NCBI GenBank assembly: GCA_040954595.2
Contig: CM082588.2
Span: 7,080,202-7,144,201 of the forward strand
Direction of reading: 5' to 3'
Source: Balanoglossus misakiensis
Taxonomy: Eukaryota > Animalia > Hemichordata
DNA: 64,000 bases
Both the position numbers and the translations under genes were made by a program. Below the pieces are notes generated by a model. It was not told the origin of the DNA and made no database searches. It saw only the letters and a program-made list of their open reading frames with translations. Below, one piece after another: positions 1-12,086 of this stretch (its first letter is position 1; each line of letters starts with the position of its first letter).

Positions 1-70
1 AGCATGTGTGTATTCAGTTTGGAGGACAGTCTCATGTGACGTCACACATAACACTTCAGATTAGAGAAAT

Positions 71-290
71 TACTGTAAAACACTTTATTTTCGCGACTTG
101 AAATTTTCGCGATATTGAGAGAGGCCACTGTTTCGCGAGTATTAATTTTCGCATTCTCCTATTTCATTCACTGCATCGTTATCGTCAAAAACAATTTACG
201 CGACTTTTCATTTTCACGCTATTTTGGCTCTCGCGTATTTGGCGAAAATTTATTGCTCGTGAAAATAAAGTGTTTTAGTAAATTACAGTA
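71..290. mobile_element. MITE with TA-flanked CTGTAAAAC...TTACAG termini (Tc1/mariner-type signature); family also at 5120-5294, 6452-6654 and 51813-52007
   Basis: Terminal inverted repeats tactgtaaaac / ttacagta, and clearly homologous internal sequence (ttttcgcgag, cactgcatcgtt, ttgctcg..gaaaataa) in four intronic copies. Superfamily is inferred from the TA flanks only. Confidence 0.75.
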
Positions 291-551
291 TTACCACACT
301 GTGATATCTGACAAACGACACATTGCCCATCATGTTGAACAGCAAAAAAGTTTTTGTTAAACTCTGCACCTATTTGAATTTCATAAAAATTGGCTTGCAT
401 TACTTGGCAAGCAACCCATTGCTATGGTAATAACCCAACCAAACCCTAATCTTTACATTGAAGCATCAGTTGAATCAAGCCTGGCATTGAGGACACTAAA
501 TGCAGATTGTAGAAATTATAACAAGACATGTAAAGCTACTGAATTATTTAC

Positions 552-3059
552 CTTCAAAAACAGGACCGTATATTGATTCACCTCCAGTCCCCCTGCCTGC
601 TTCAATGTCTACAAAAGAATAAAACCATACATGCAAGATTACCAGTATTTTCCAACACTGATCTCTAATGCAATAATTTATTTCGTGATAGCCTATGAAT
701 CTAATGCTTGCTGCTGCTATCAATCAGATGGTTTCTGTCACTAGTACATGTACAATGTACTGTTCATATCTTTAAAAACTTCATTTATGATTTTCCATGC
801 TTGAATTAGCTCATTCAACAGAAAAACTAACATAGTAAGGGAGAATTGAGGAATAACACACTCAAGCTATGACAGGAAAACCCTTGAAAAGTGCTCCTCA
901 GTGATTTGAACCCTAAGTGTCTAAGTATTTCAAAAATCACTGATTTTCCATCCTGGAATTAGCTCATTCCATGAAAAAACTAACTTCAGTAAGGGAGAAT
1001 TGAGGAATGACTCATTCAAGCTATGACAGGAAAACCTTTGAAAAGTGCTCCTCAGTGATTTGAACCCCAAAGTGTCTAAGTATTTAGTTATCTGAGAGAA
1101 TATTGATGTTCTATATACCTCCTCCCTGGATCCAACCATTGGGCACAATTCGATGGAAGAGTGAATTTTTGTAATGGAGATCCACCAGAGTTTCCTTGGA
1201 CTGTCCTTTCTCGCCGGTGCACAATGAACGGAAATTCTCGCACGTCCTGGGGCATTTGTCGGTTAAAAGCTGTCATGGTGGAATTTTACAAAAATGTTGA
1301 GCTACAGAACACATTAACAGACTAAATGTACACAATGGTGGAATTTTACAAAAATGTTCACTTCTGTGAGCTACAGAACACATTAACAGACTAAATGTAC
1401 ACAAATGGTGGAATTTTACAAAAAAATGTTCATTTCTGTGAACTACAGAACACATAAACAGACTAAATGTACTGCACAAATGGTGGAATTTTTCAAAAAT
1501 GTTCACTTCTGTGAGATACAGAACACATTAACAGACTAAATGTACACAAATGGTGGAATTTTACAAAAATGTTCACTTCTGTGAGCTACAGAACACATTA
1601 ACAGACTAAATGTACACAAATTTGCACAGACTACAAATTTGCAGACTACAAATTTGCACAGACTACAAATTTGCACAGACTACACTTTTTTGCAGCTAGT
1701 GTAGTTCCAATCTGATGAAAAATAGAGGGAGCAACATACCACTTGATTTCATAGAATAAAAAGCTCAAATACCTCAAAAAGAAATCTGCCTGCCGACTCT
1801 TCACCAATGGAGACATCCATAAATACAAATGTGTGCTAAATAAAAAAAAAAGACAGGATATAGATGCAAAGATAACTGAAATAAAGACTATACTACACAC
1901 TAGCTGTGTTACATCAATGCAAAAGCCAAGAAGCCCCAAAAATGGATGACTACCACAATTCATGAGCAATTATGATCACGGAACTGGTGTGAAATGTGCC
2001 TTTGTTATTCACTTTCACCTAATACAAGCACTGCAATGGTTAAAATTAACTATGGACAAGGGTTCATAGTTACCGTTTGTAATTTTAATAGGAAAAAAGG
2101 TGCCAATTTCCTTGTTATTATTAAAATAAACAATTAATCCTACTTACACCAGTGCCCAATAAATATGATTTGTATGATTCTTCTGCCAGTGCTACATACA
2201 ATGGAGGTGGCCTGAAATCTTCATATTGCCACTCATCAACAGCCCACTTCATGAAGTCTTGGACGCCGCCAATTAGCTGACCGTTAAGGAAGCAGATGGC
2301 TTTCTCATTGAACGACCACGTCTCTCCTCTCAGACCGTGACGCTTGTCATCAATGTATGTCTCCCACGCAAACTCCAGAAGTCCCTGTGTTTCTGGCGTG
2401 GCGAATTTCTCGGGGTGTTTTTGATATAGGCCCTGAAAGTGAAACCCTGATGTTAATTGTTATGTTGGAGGAATGGATGAGAGGGGGTCTTGTCAATAGT
2501 ACCATAAATAGAGTTTCTGACATATTCTCAAGATGATTACGCGAAAAACCTGAGTGTTGCCGTCCAATCTTATATACAACTTACAAGACAAAACCTCGAG
2601 CTATTGAATTTGGAACATACACCTCCACGATACAGCTAAAGTTCTTGCCTGACCTCAGCACATACACACAACCAGTCCCATTGAATATTTCACGTCATAT
2701 CAGAGGGACCGTGGCATGATATGAATGCAGTAGCGTCATAATACCCGTGGTTTTGTCTTTGGGCTGCTTTTTGGCCCCGGGGCGAACTTCTAAGTCCCCA
2801 ATACCCAAACATTTCGTGAGCCGTTCCTCTAAAACTGTACATGGGTGACACTGACACATTCATACACATTGTAAACAATCATGGTAACGAGGCGTTGATG
2901 TCCAAAAGGCACAACTTATCCCGAGAATTTTGCGTTGTCACGCTGCGAATCGATCAAACTCACATATACACTTACCTCCGCACAGCATTTTGCTTGATGA
3001 TACGTCTCATCGCGGAGTAAACCTACCACCAGAAGTTGCAACCGTGGTTGGTCCGCCAT
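552..3059 (-). CDS. PPIL6: Peptidyl-prolyl cis-trans isomerase-like 6 (cyclophilin family), first five coding exons; gene continues beyond the left edge
   Basis: GT-AG exons 3059-2976 ([28 protein letters not shown]), 2432-2148 ([38 protein letters not shown]), 1835-1773 ([21 protein letters not shown]), 1269-1119 ([42 protein letters not shown]), 608-552 ([19 protein letters not shown]). Phases join in frame. N-terminal extension plus cyclophilin domain match PPIL6. Confidence 0.93.
789..1085. repeat. Two-copy tandem duplication of about 150 bp in a PPIL6 intron
   Basis: tgattttccat..gaattagctcattc..aagggagaattgaggaat..gtgctcctcagtgatttgaaccc..gtgtctaagtattt occurs at 789-930 and 941-1085. 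Confidence 0.85.
1276..1682. repeat. About 70-bp minisatellite (5 units) followed by a 17-bp repeat (about 4 units)
   Basis: Unit atggtggaattttacaaaaatgttcacttctgtgagctacagaacacattaacagactaaatgtacacaa repeated over 1276-1620; caaatttgcacagacta repeated over 1617-1682. Confidence 0.92.
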
Positions 3060-3068
3060 TTTCCCTCA

Positions 3069-3131
3069 GTTGCCCTTGGTAACAAAGCACGCCACCGGTA
3101 GCACGCACGCGATGGCCACTTGGTGGCGCTC
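3069..3131. promoter_or_regulatory. PPIL6 proximal promoter/5' leader: RFX X-box (3069-3083) and CTCF-like motif (3113-3131)
   Basis: GTTGCC-CTT-GGTAAC fits the X-box consensus GTNRCC-N0-3-RGYAAC, 10 nt from the PPIL6 ATG. TGGCCACTTGGTGGCGCTC resembles the CTCF core. Confidence 0.55.
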
Positions 3132-3458
3132 GACGTGTACCAATTTTGCACATAAAAGTAAATTAACATAATAGCTTTCAGTGAATATCTTTTTCAACAC
3201 ATTTTCCGCATTTGACAGGGTTTTATCATCCTACATTTGCATTGTACACAATGTCAATTTTCATGAGCAGTGCAAGTGATATCACTATAAATGCTAACAT
3301 TTTTAGAATATTGGCTACAAAAGCATTCACTACCCGTCTTTAAATCCACACACACACACACACCAATTTCAATGAAGACAAAATCACAGGATTACAGTAA
3401 ATGTTGCCACATTTTTATTCCGACCTTTTTTCGAAACACAACAGACAATGCAATTAAT

Positions 3459-6400
3459 TTATCGGTGTCCATATTCTTCAATGACTTTCTGGTAAGGAGC
3501 TATTTTCTCAGCCACGTCAGTTTTGGCCTTTTCCCAAAGTTGCTGTAAAAGGAAAAAAAAGAAAGACATTACAGTTACACAAAGGTGGTTTTTCAGCCAC
3601 ACCAGGCTGCAGAATTAAACTATTCCATAGAACTCCACTTCTCAAAAAGGTGTCATGATAGTTAAAGGTTCACAGTCATGTGAATGGTGCTATAGTTACC
3701 ATGATGATGGCAAATTGAGATCTAGCCAATCAGAGATTTTAAGTGGGTGACACACTTTCTCTTGAACACTCAAATATGCCATTTCCGCCATCAACCTGAT
3801 TCTTTACCTTTTCTTTCTTTTTTGCGACGAAGCGCAGCTGTGATCTTGCTTTTCTCTTGGCTTCCAGTGCCTCAATCACAGGAGCATACTTCCATCCAAC
3901 GTCAGATGCAAGACGGCCAAGTTGACAAAACTGCAAAGACAAAATAACACTTTCAATGCTACAGGCAAGTATGTAGGATTTTTTTTTTCATATTTAAGCT
4001 GGCCACCAAAAATTGACAAAACTCACATCCATCATTATACATCACCCAATACACAGTCTCGGGCCACAATGTTCTGTCTCAGAAAGCATAATCATTTCAT
4101 GGTCTTTGACTCGCACCGCTGAATTTTCACATCATCGACAGAACTGTTCAGAGCCCAGTAATGAGATTTCAAACAGAATAGCTGTGTAGTGGATAGCATT
4201 ACATCTATAGACTGCACAGATCAGAATCTGACAACACTAATGAAGTCTAGATCTATCCTTACTGTTGTGGTAGTATGAACCTCAGGGAGAGATTTCAAGG
4301 AAAACAATAGGACTCAAAATTGATTTTCGAGGTGCATACTACGCATTAAAATAAACCGTGACAAGCAGAGCAGAAGTACTCTCCAAAAGTTGACTCACCT
4401 TTCTGTGTGGTTTCAGCCGAAGAACTTTCAGAGCTGATGTGACCACAAATTTTTTTCGCTACAAGACAAAAAACAACAACATGTAAGATGCAGATGAAGC
4501 TCCAGTATCTCAAATAGTGGCATAGTTATTATAATTTTTGTCATGTGTTATCAACGGTTGTTTCTTGTTCTACACTGACAAGTACAACATACTGTAGATC
4601 AAAAATTGCATTATCAAGACAGCCAGATATGCATGCTCTGAGCACCAAGCATAAAGTATTCTGATTCCAGTTCACACTGTGTTGGCTCTCTCTCTTTGGT
4701 ACCACACATACTAGTTGTAATACAGTGGATTATAAAAATAAAACTTCTAAGCAAACATCTCCTCTGTATTCACTAACTATTATGATATCACAATACTCGT
4801 TGTCCTGAATTTGATAATGTAATCTGGCCTACAAAAATCATAACGACCCATCAATGATGATTTCATACACGATTACCTCAGATATCAAAACAAACATCTT
4901 ACAACATCCTCTTACCTTGTCATAAGGTGGTGGAACTCCCTCAAACACCTTGAGTCTGTCCAGAGCGATTGCACCACGCTTCAGTTTATGTGGCAACATT
5001 CCTGGAACCGAAAACAACCAGAAATGTCTGAAGCAGAAGTGCTAACAACCAGACGTGGCACTCCCAGTCTACCACTAGCGAATGGGAAGGCACATGTGAA
5101 ATGTAGACACTCAAATGTCTACTGTGAAATGGGAAATTTTTGCGAACTGTGAGAGAGCAAAAAAGCGCGAAAATAAAAGTCGCGAAAAAATGTTTTTCCG
5201 AGATTAACGATGCAGTGAAATACGAGAACGCAAAAAAATAAGTTGCATAACAGTTGCCTCTTTGGATATCGTGAAAATTTCCTGTTTTACAGTATATTGC
5301 ATATACTACTAACAAAGCTTCACTTCGCAGTCTGTGGTAGAATACATGGGTTATCATTTCATGGGTTTTGGACAAGGGACTAAAACTGATTTCAATCTCT
5401 TGACAAGCTATGGCCTGCTCACTTTTCTACATACACTGGTCAGTCACAACTTGCAAATGCTCTTCATTGCACTCAACCAAAATGTTTCGTTGGGGTCCCA
5501 CCTTCTGTCTCAGATGGTGATGCATGTGAGAGTTGGTTTCATTGAAAAGAACTCAAACAATATGGTGGTTAATGTATCATCATCGACAGTTGGGGGAAAG
5601 AAGAGGACCAGGCTGACAAGCAGTTTTGCAAGTCAAATGCTCTACGACAGCATTTGTGACCATCACTACAGTTAAAGGGATAAAGTCTCTCTCTCGCTGC
5701 CCCTTTTCCTTCAATTATGTTTGATACGAGACACTATGTTATTCTACATGTGGATATATAGTGAATCAACGTTCGACCACACACAACTTCCACCCCACTT
5801 GTAGACACAGGAGTGAAAACCTCGCAAAAATGAGTAATTGGTCTCTACCATTTATTCATTTTGGCAAGTTTTTCACTCTCCAGACTACAAGTGGGATGGA
5901 AGTTGTGTGAAGTCGAACATTGATTCACTATATATCCACATGTAGAATAACATAAACAGTGTCTTGTATCAAACATTACTTAACGTGAAAAGGGCAGCGA
6001 GGGAGAGACTTTGTCTCTTTAACTCATGGCTGGTCACTTTTAAAGGAACAGTGATCAACTCACCTCTGACAACCTTATACAGCATCCTACTGGGTGCTCT
6101 GAAATGAAATGGACCACGTGATGGCTTGGTGTTTGTCCTCTTCCTCAGATACTGGTGATACTTCACTGTGAACGAACAAAAATGTTAGTCAAGCCTTGAA
6201 AGGTAGTTCAACAGTAATCTCCATTGACTCAATTTTCTGTATTTTCAAATCACCGACTTCAGTTGCAAGGCACAAATCAATCAGCAGCTATATTCCTGTG
6301 ATGTAAACTTATCTCAGCAATAGTGGTTTAATCTCATCAGAATCAAACAATGTAGGTATAAAACATCATTGACAAGTTCACAGGACTTCTGCACTATTCT

Positions 6401-8907
6401 CAACAATAGGCATGCCACACATCGCCAATAAACCAACTTCCATTAGTGAACTACTGTAAAAAACATGTTATTTTCGCGAGTTGAAATTTTCACGATATCG
6501 AGAGAGGCCACAGTTACGCGTATTAATTTTCGTGTTCTTGTACTGCATCGTGCACATTGTACTTTCACAACTCTATTTACGCGAGTCTTTATTTTCGTGT
6601 TCTTTTGGCTCTCGCATAAATTTATTGCTCGCGAAAATAAAATGTTTTACAGTATGCTTTCTTCCCAACTTACGTTTGTTTCTGTACAAACTTCCAGAGA
6701 TGACAATTCCTTCACATCTTACTACAACAACACGCTGCCCTGAAAAACAAAACATATCCAACGATAGTAGTGTATGTTCAATAACCTACATGTAGTTAAA
6801 CAGTTGCAAGTAAACCGTGTCTGTACTTTATTTCAGATGGTGATGCATGAAAGATTTATTTCATAAGCATTCAAACTATGTGTAAGTTGTCATCATCAAC
6901 GCAGACACATTTTAGATAACTGATGATACAAAAGTGTATGGCGTATGCATACAATTTGAAAAGGTGGCAAGACTTGTACATCTTAACCATGTTTTTGTTA
7001 CACAATCCCAGAAATAAGGCTAGGAAAAACGGCTCGGGGAAATCTAGTAACTCAGAGGTTGCTTTGGTATAGCGTGTATTACAGTATGCATGACCAGAAT
7101 AGGTGCTGGGCCTGTTCACTGCCCACCATTCAGTGTTTGGCAAAACCATTCTATCAGTTTAGGTTTCCATGCCCATGAAATTATATACAACACTGCTCTT
7201 TTTTAGATGGTATCTATGAGATGTTCATTCATACGAAATTCCCACTAGCTTCAAATTTATCTATTTTTCACTACAATGACACAACACTGCTGGTCTGCTA
7301 TACCATGGCATTACTTACAAATGGATGACCTTCAGTCATGTAATCTTATTCAGCACAACATTTTCTGGGAATCACTACCAAAGGCTTTAGAGTCTGCGAT
7401 CCCTGAATTTTACGTCAAGATTTTAAATGCGTGGTACAGTGCAAGTGAAAACATCAAAGGAAACAGAAATGTAATTTTGAAATGGTGTAGCAAGTTTCAC
7501 TTTTTCTACAAATCCTTGAAAAATTGTAAGTACGGTATTTGGGATGGAAAACACTGGATTTCCATCAATAACGTTACGTGTAAAGCCATTTATGCGAACA
7601 TTCCACAAAGGAGTCCAAAAGTGGATAAACTTAACAAATGGTACACATTACTGGAGGTACCAAACCAGACTACAAAAGAAAGTGAAACGGTCTGGAAGAA
7701 CATACATGCAATAACTAAGGAAACAAAGTTGCGGGAATTTCAATGGAAACTTTTACACAGGTTGTTGCCATGTAATAAGTATTTGTTTTATTGGAATAAG
7801 AGCAGCAGTGTGGATTGTGAACTTTGTAAGACACCAGAGTCTCTTGAGCACAAGTACGTGCGTTGTACTCTAGCCACATCACTTTGGGCAAAAATCGAGT
7901 GCATAATTCGGCAACTTTTTTGTAAAGATTTTGTTTTACAAAGCGCTCATATAATTTTCAATTGCATTAGAAGTGATATGCTTTCGAAATCTGAAGAAAA
8001 TATTGTAAATTTATTGATTTTAGTTTGTAAATGGAGTATACATAAATACTGGCTAAGTGAAACCAGAGCGCCTTTAATGGTGCTGGTAAGATACGAATTA
8101 ATATTGAGATACAAGGTATACAAGGAAATATGCAATAATTCAGAAAGTGTAAGAATTTTTGAAGCTATTATATCTATGATGTGAGTTTTCGGTTGGTTTC
8201 TTTTTTTTGGTATGTTGATGTAACACTGAAAGTTTTTTTTAATAAAAGATAAAAAAAAAAAAAAATGACACAACACTATGTCGCGAATGGCAATGTCTTA
8301 CCTTGTAGAATAGTCTTGGCCACAATTGAAGCCAGTCTACCCAGGAGGTGCCCCCGGGCATCAATCAACAATGGCTGGAAAAATAAGGAAATTCACTATT
8401 ACTATAAAGATAATGCATTTTGGCTGCCACACAGTACCCTTTGCAAGGCATGTCGTGAATTCCCAAGTTCACCTGTCAGGCCATTCACCAGCTATGATTG
8501 GCCACGACACTGATACCTCATGACTGTACATGACTGATACTGATCCCCGCTCACGCCAAATAAATTACAATTCTTGGTTTAGAACACTATTTCATGGCTA
8601 CAAAGTTTGTGTCTTTTTGACATGATATAGAAAAACGTGGACATACAAATGCAGAATCAACAAGGCAAACCAGTGGCTGCTGTTTGCGGTTTAATTTCAC
8701 ACAACGTGGGCTTTCAATACAAATGACGGGGATTCATTATTCAGCCACATGAATGTTGCAGGGAAAATGTTGACTGACATATGTCAAGCCTTCTAGGATA
8801 ATCATTTCTACCGTGCACCGAGAGAAATGCTAGGAGTTGAAGATGCAACACGTGGAGTCAGAACCACGCGTTTATTCGGCACACACTTTCCCAATGGTGG
8901 CCGCCAT
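3459..8907 (-). CDS. RPL13A: 60S ribosomal protein L13a (uL13), 8 coding exons, 204 aa
   Basis: Exons 8907-8887 (MAATIGK), 8374-8302 ([25 protein letters not shown]), 6739-6674 ([21 protein letters not shown]), 6165-6064 ([26 protein letters not shown]), 5001-4916 ([28 protein letters not shown]), 4458-4399, 3930-3808, 3542-3459 (stop TAA). Total 615 nt; AATAAA near 3414-3419. Confidence 0.97.
4071..4144 (-). ncRNA. Box C/D snoRNA in RPL13A intron 6 (guides do not match vertebrate U35)
   Basis: Minus strand reads gttctgtc-g-ATGATGT-gaaaattcagcggtgcga...atgaaatgattatgcttt-CTGA-gacagaac: C box, D box and an 8-bp terminal stem, sense to the host gene. Confidence 0.85.
5505..5589 (-). ncRNA. SNORD33: Box C/D snoRNA U33-like (18S rRNA Um guide) in RPL13A intron 4
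   Basis: ctgtc-g-ATGATGA...cacatgcatcaccat-CTGA-gacag. The guide CATGCATCACCA pairs with 18S UGGUGGUGCAUG, as does vertebrate U33, and sits in the same host intron. Confidence 0.9.
5720..5973. mobile_element. Degenerate palindromic (foldback) MITE-like element
   Basis: Arms of about 115 bp (tttgatacgagacact..attctacatgtggatata.. / ..tatatccacatgtagaataacat..gtgtcttgtatcaaa) are inverted copies. Confidence 0.7.
6306..6378 (-). ncRNA. SNORD34: Box C/D snoRNA U34-like (28S rRNA Um guide) in RPL13A intron 3
   Basis: aacttgtc-a-ATGATGT-tttaTACCTACATTGT-TTGA-ttcTGATGA...CTGA-gataagtt. The D' guide TACCTACATTGT is the U34 guide, complementary to 28S ACAAUGUAGGUA. Confidence 0.9.
6817..6908 (-). 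ncRNA. SNORD33: Second U33-like box C/D snoRNA in RPL13A intron 2
   Basis: ATGATGA (6896-6890)...ttga...atga...catgcatcaccat-CTGA (6836-6833), with an external gtgtctg/cagacac stem. Guide identical to the intron-4 copy. Confidence 0.85.
7275..8277 (+). mobile_element. 5'-truncated L1/Tx1-clade non-LTR retrotransposon (ORF2 C-terminal zinc-finger region), antisense in RPL13A intron 2
   Basis: Open frame 7276-8184 with [30 protein letters not shown] (zf-RVT-like CCHC), then AATAAA and a poly(A) tail at 8241-8263. 14-bp TSD aatgacacaacact at 7275-7288 and 8264-8277. Confidence 0.92.
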
Positions 8908-8940
8908 TTTGAATGAAACCACACATCCGTTTGCAACTTC

Positions 8941-8950
8941 GGAAAGAAGA
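8941..8950 (-). promoter_or_regulatory. TCT/5'TOP pyrimidine initiator of RPL13A
   Basis: tcttctttcc lies about 35-45 nt upstream of the ATG, typical of ribosomal protein genes. Confidence 0.75.
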
Positions 8951-11203
8951 TACCCATATTTATTATTTTTCGTTAAAACTCATTCACCATAACGGCACAT
9001 AATGATATTTGGTTTTTGATTTTGCGAACGAGCTCTTTCTGAAACAGTTCACGCTGATAATTAAAAGGAAACAAGCGTTTATTGCAGCAACCAAAACGTA
9101 GACCAACCTTATCCAGCCCCATGATTGTGAAAAGGTCGTGTACCTGGACGGGTTTCTCAAACTGGAAATTAGGGACATCTGCTATGACGTCAGACCCGCC
9201 CATGTAGAGGGTTCTGTCGGTCCGCAAAGTTTTATACGAATGAGATGAGTAAGTGTATCAATTCAGCCTACTAGAAAAAGAAGGTCGGTCGGTCCAATCA
9301 CAGACAAAGAGAAAACAGGCTTTCTTAGTCATCTGAAATAAAATATACGTACATGTTATTGTTTTTAATTAGGCCTATTCCTACAAGTGCCACGTTAGAA
9401 ATGTGAGAATTCACGTAATTTTCAGGAGTGAATCTTTATAATACCGAACTTTGTTATAGAATGTACCTGTGTTAGAGAGACATTAAATGTCGAAATAATA
9501 AACTTTACTGTCGATGATTATTTCGCCCATTGATTTAGTCTCGGTTACCCAGACGCCTTTGCTTCTTCCGATGCTCTCTAGCTAATGCTCTCCAGAAAAG
9601 GGTCTCATGGGTCTGGGGAAATGCTATTGAAAGCTTTGTAAAACAAAATGGCCGATGTCAGGATTTTGATCATCGCCTGATTGGCTGAGCTGTCAGTATG
9701 ACCCGGGTCACTGCAATGGTTTCGACAATCGTCTACCAAAGATATTTCATATAATTTCTCCAACAATGCTAACAGAGGACGCCTTTTGCCTTTCGCATCA
9801 ACCAACAAGTACCGGTCTCTTGATATGAAGATACGACAAATAATCACACATTGTCGAGAGTCAGTGACCCGGGTCATACTGACAGCTCAACCAATCAGGC
9901 GATGATCAAAATCCTGACATCGGCCATTTTGTTTTACAAAGCTTTCAATAGCATTTCCCCAGACCCTTTTCTCAGATAGTATGTGCGCGCGTCAGAGAGA
10001 ACCTGCCTTCCTACCATGTGAGCAGAGCTGTGGTGGATCCCAGGGGACGCAGATCACATTTGCATTCGTAGTCTGCGCGTTCGCACTATTTCATGCAAAA
10101 TACAGCCTCCAGTTCTTAAAATTACTACACGGAAATGTTATTTCGTTGTGTCTAAAGAATTTAAAAACCATTATTTGCGGAAATTTCACAGTTAGTGCAA
10201 GAGAGAGTGACAGATAGTCACGTAGTTCCGCATTCCAACGCATGCACTCTTCTTTCGACGTTCGCACTATGCTAACGTCTTATTTACTGTAACATACGAC
10301 GTGCAGATGTGAAATTACTTCATGAAAATCGATCTGGGTAAATATAGCCTAGATTTCAAAAATATCGTTGTGAATGTGATGCACACTAAACGTCGGAAAA
10401 ACGCGCGATCTTTCTCAATTTGGGGCACCTATGGAGGCATACTGGATCGGGAAATTGACTCGAAATACTATAGTATACTGTATAAAGTAGCATTCAGTTT
10501 ACTGCGTTCTTTACACGATTTATCATGACAAGACAGTTAGTCCATCGTATCAGTGGTATACGATGTCCGAAGTGAGCGAGCGAGCGAGCGAGCGGCGGAG
10601 GGAGGGGGGGGGGGGGGTAGCATGTGGAGAACGCCCTCAATGTGAAATGTTAACGTAGTCGTTTCTGTTCATACCCCAACCAACATAATACGATTACGAT
10701 GTACGATCCTACAACAAAGATACGTAAACCACGAAATATAGCTGCTATTTGAATTTTAAGCATGACATTTTTTTAGATAGTATGTCTCTTTAATTAATCT
10801 ACAATTAGCAAAAAGACAATTTTAATGAATTACTGTACTTTGTAATGCAAAAAAAGTCTTGTACAGCTCATATTGTGGCTAAGTTTAACGACATTGAAAC
10901 ACACTTTGTTAACAATCTTTAAATGGTTGATTAAAACTTTGATGTTTTATTATTTTTGGGTGCTAGCCACTTCATTTGTTTTAGCGCATGTTTTAGGTTA
11001 GATTAGACATTTTTACATAAATTACTTGTGATATGGGAACGCTCCACAAGTTTTCTTTTATAATTTTGTTTTTACTCTGCTGTGATGAATTTTTAAAAAA
11101 TAAGATGTTCGATTTCGATTTTATTTTGCGGGTAGATATTTTCATTGCAGTGTCATTGTATTTACTTTATGTTTTTATCTGTAAACATTTTTGAGGCTTT
11201 GGT

Positions 11204-11342
11204 ATTATTATTATGATGATGATGATCATCATCATCATCATTATTATTACTATTATTGTTGTCGTCGTCGTTGTTGTTTTTGTATTGTTATTATTATTAC
11301 ATTGCATTGCATTGTATTATGTTGTATTGTTGTTGTTGTTAC
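11204..11342. repeat. Compound trinucleotide microsatellite (TAT/GAT/CAT/TGT/CGT)
   Basis: Directly visible runs. Confidence 0.9.
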
Positions 11343-12086
11343 CATCATCAAAATCACCATGATCGGTCCCTATAGTCTATATACCATGCCATTTCGTCTA
11401 TGATGGGGAAAATTGATAATAAGTTCTAAAAATGAAGATTGTGTCTAGAGTCTACTACAGGTAGAAGTAGGTCTCTAGCAAGTCATTTGATCACAAAATA
11501 ACTGACCAATCTCTCTAGTTGTCTTATGCCATAGGAGAGATCGTGACGAACACCTGATTTGACATCATACAAATTATCATTCAGAAACTAAGGTTTGAGT
11601 TTGTTATAGCGTTGAATTTCTAAGTGAAAACATATTGTAAAATGTTAAATGGTAATGAGTGTCATGTATGTCTTTGTTAAATAGTCTAATATTTTATGGT
11701 AATAATGTCAAGCTGCAGCCGCTGTTATTCGATAATCAATACCATGTAACTCCCCAGTTAAAATTTGTAAAAAAAGATGCTGGTAGGTGCCGATATGCCA
11801 TTATATCGAATAATGGGTGAGAAGTCGATAATACTGTAGAACTATAAAACTAGTTTGTTATATGTCAAGGGTGATTTCGGAAAATCCAAATGCCGTTTTG
11901 TTGGTAACGTCTGCATACAAATGCTTGTTGGTTGCTATGCTAAGCAAATTACCAAACCAGCATTGTTGAACTTTCAAATTGTAACTGTTCCGTTCCCATC
12001 CTCGAGTTTTTTTATTTATTTAAAACTTCTGATCTTTCTATCAATTAAAGCCCCGCGAGTTGCAACTTTATCTTTGATTTTTATAG

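Noticed and set aside
1276-1620. CRISPR-like array
   Set aside because: Whole units are repeated, with no variable spacers.
7276-8184. 302-aa ORF as a cellular gene
   Set aside because: It is the 3' part of a LINE ORF2; the ATG lies in the TSD and a poly(A) tail follows.
8741-8806. Possible C/D snoRNA in RPL13A intron 1 (ATGATT...CTGA on the minus strand)
   Set aside because: Poor C box, no terminal stem and no recognisable rRNA guide.
11191-11403. Low-complexity ORF (poly-Y/D/H/C)
   Set aside because: Translation of a compound microsatellite.
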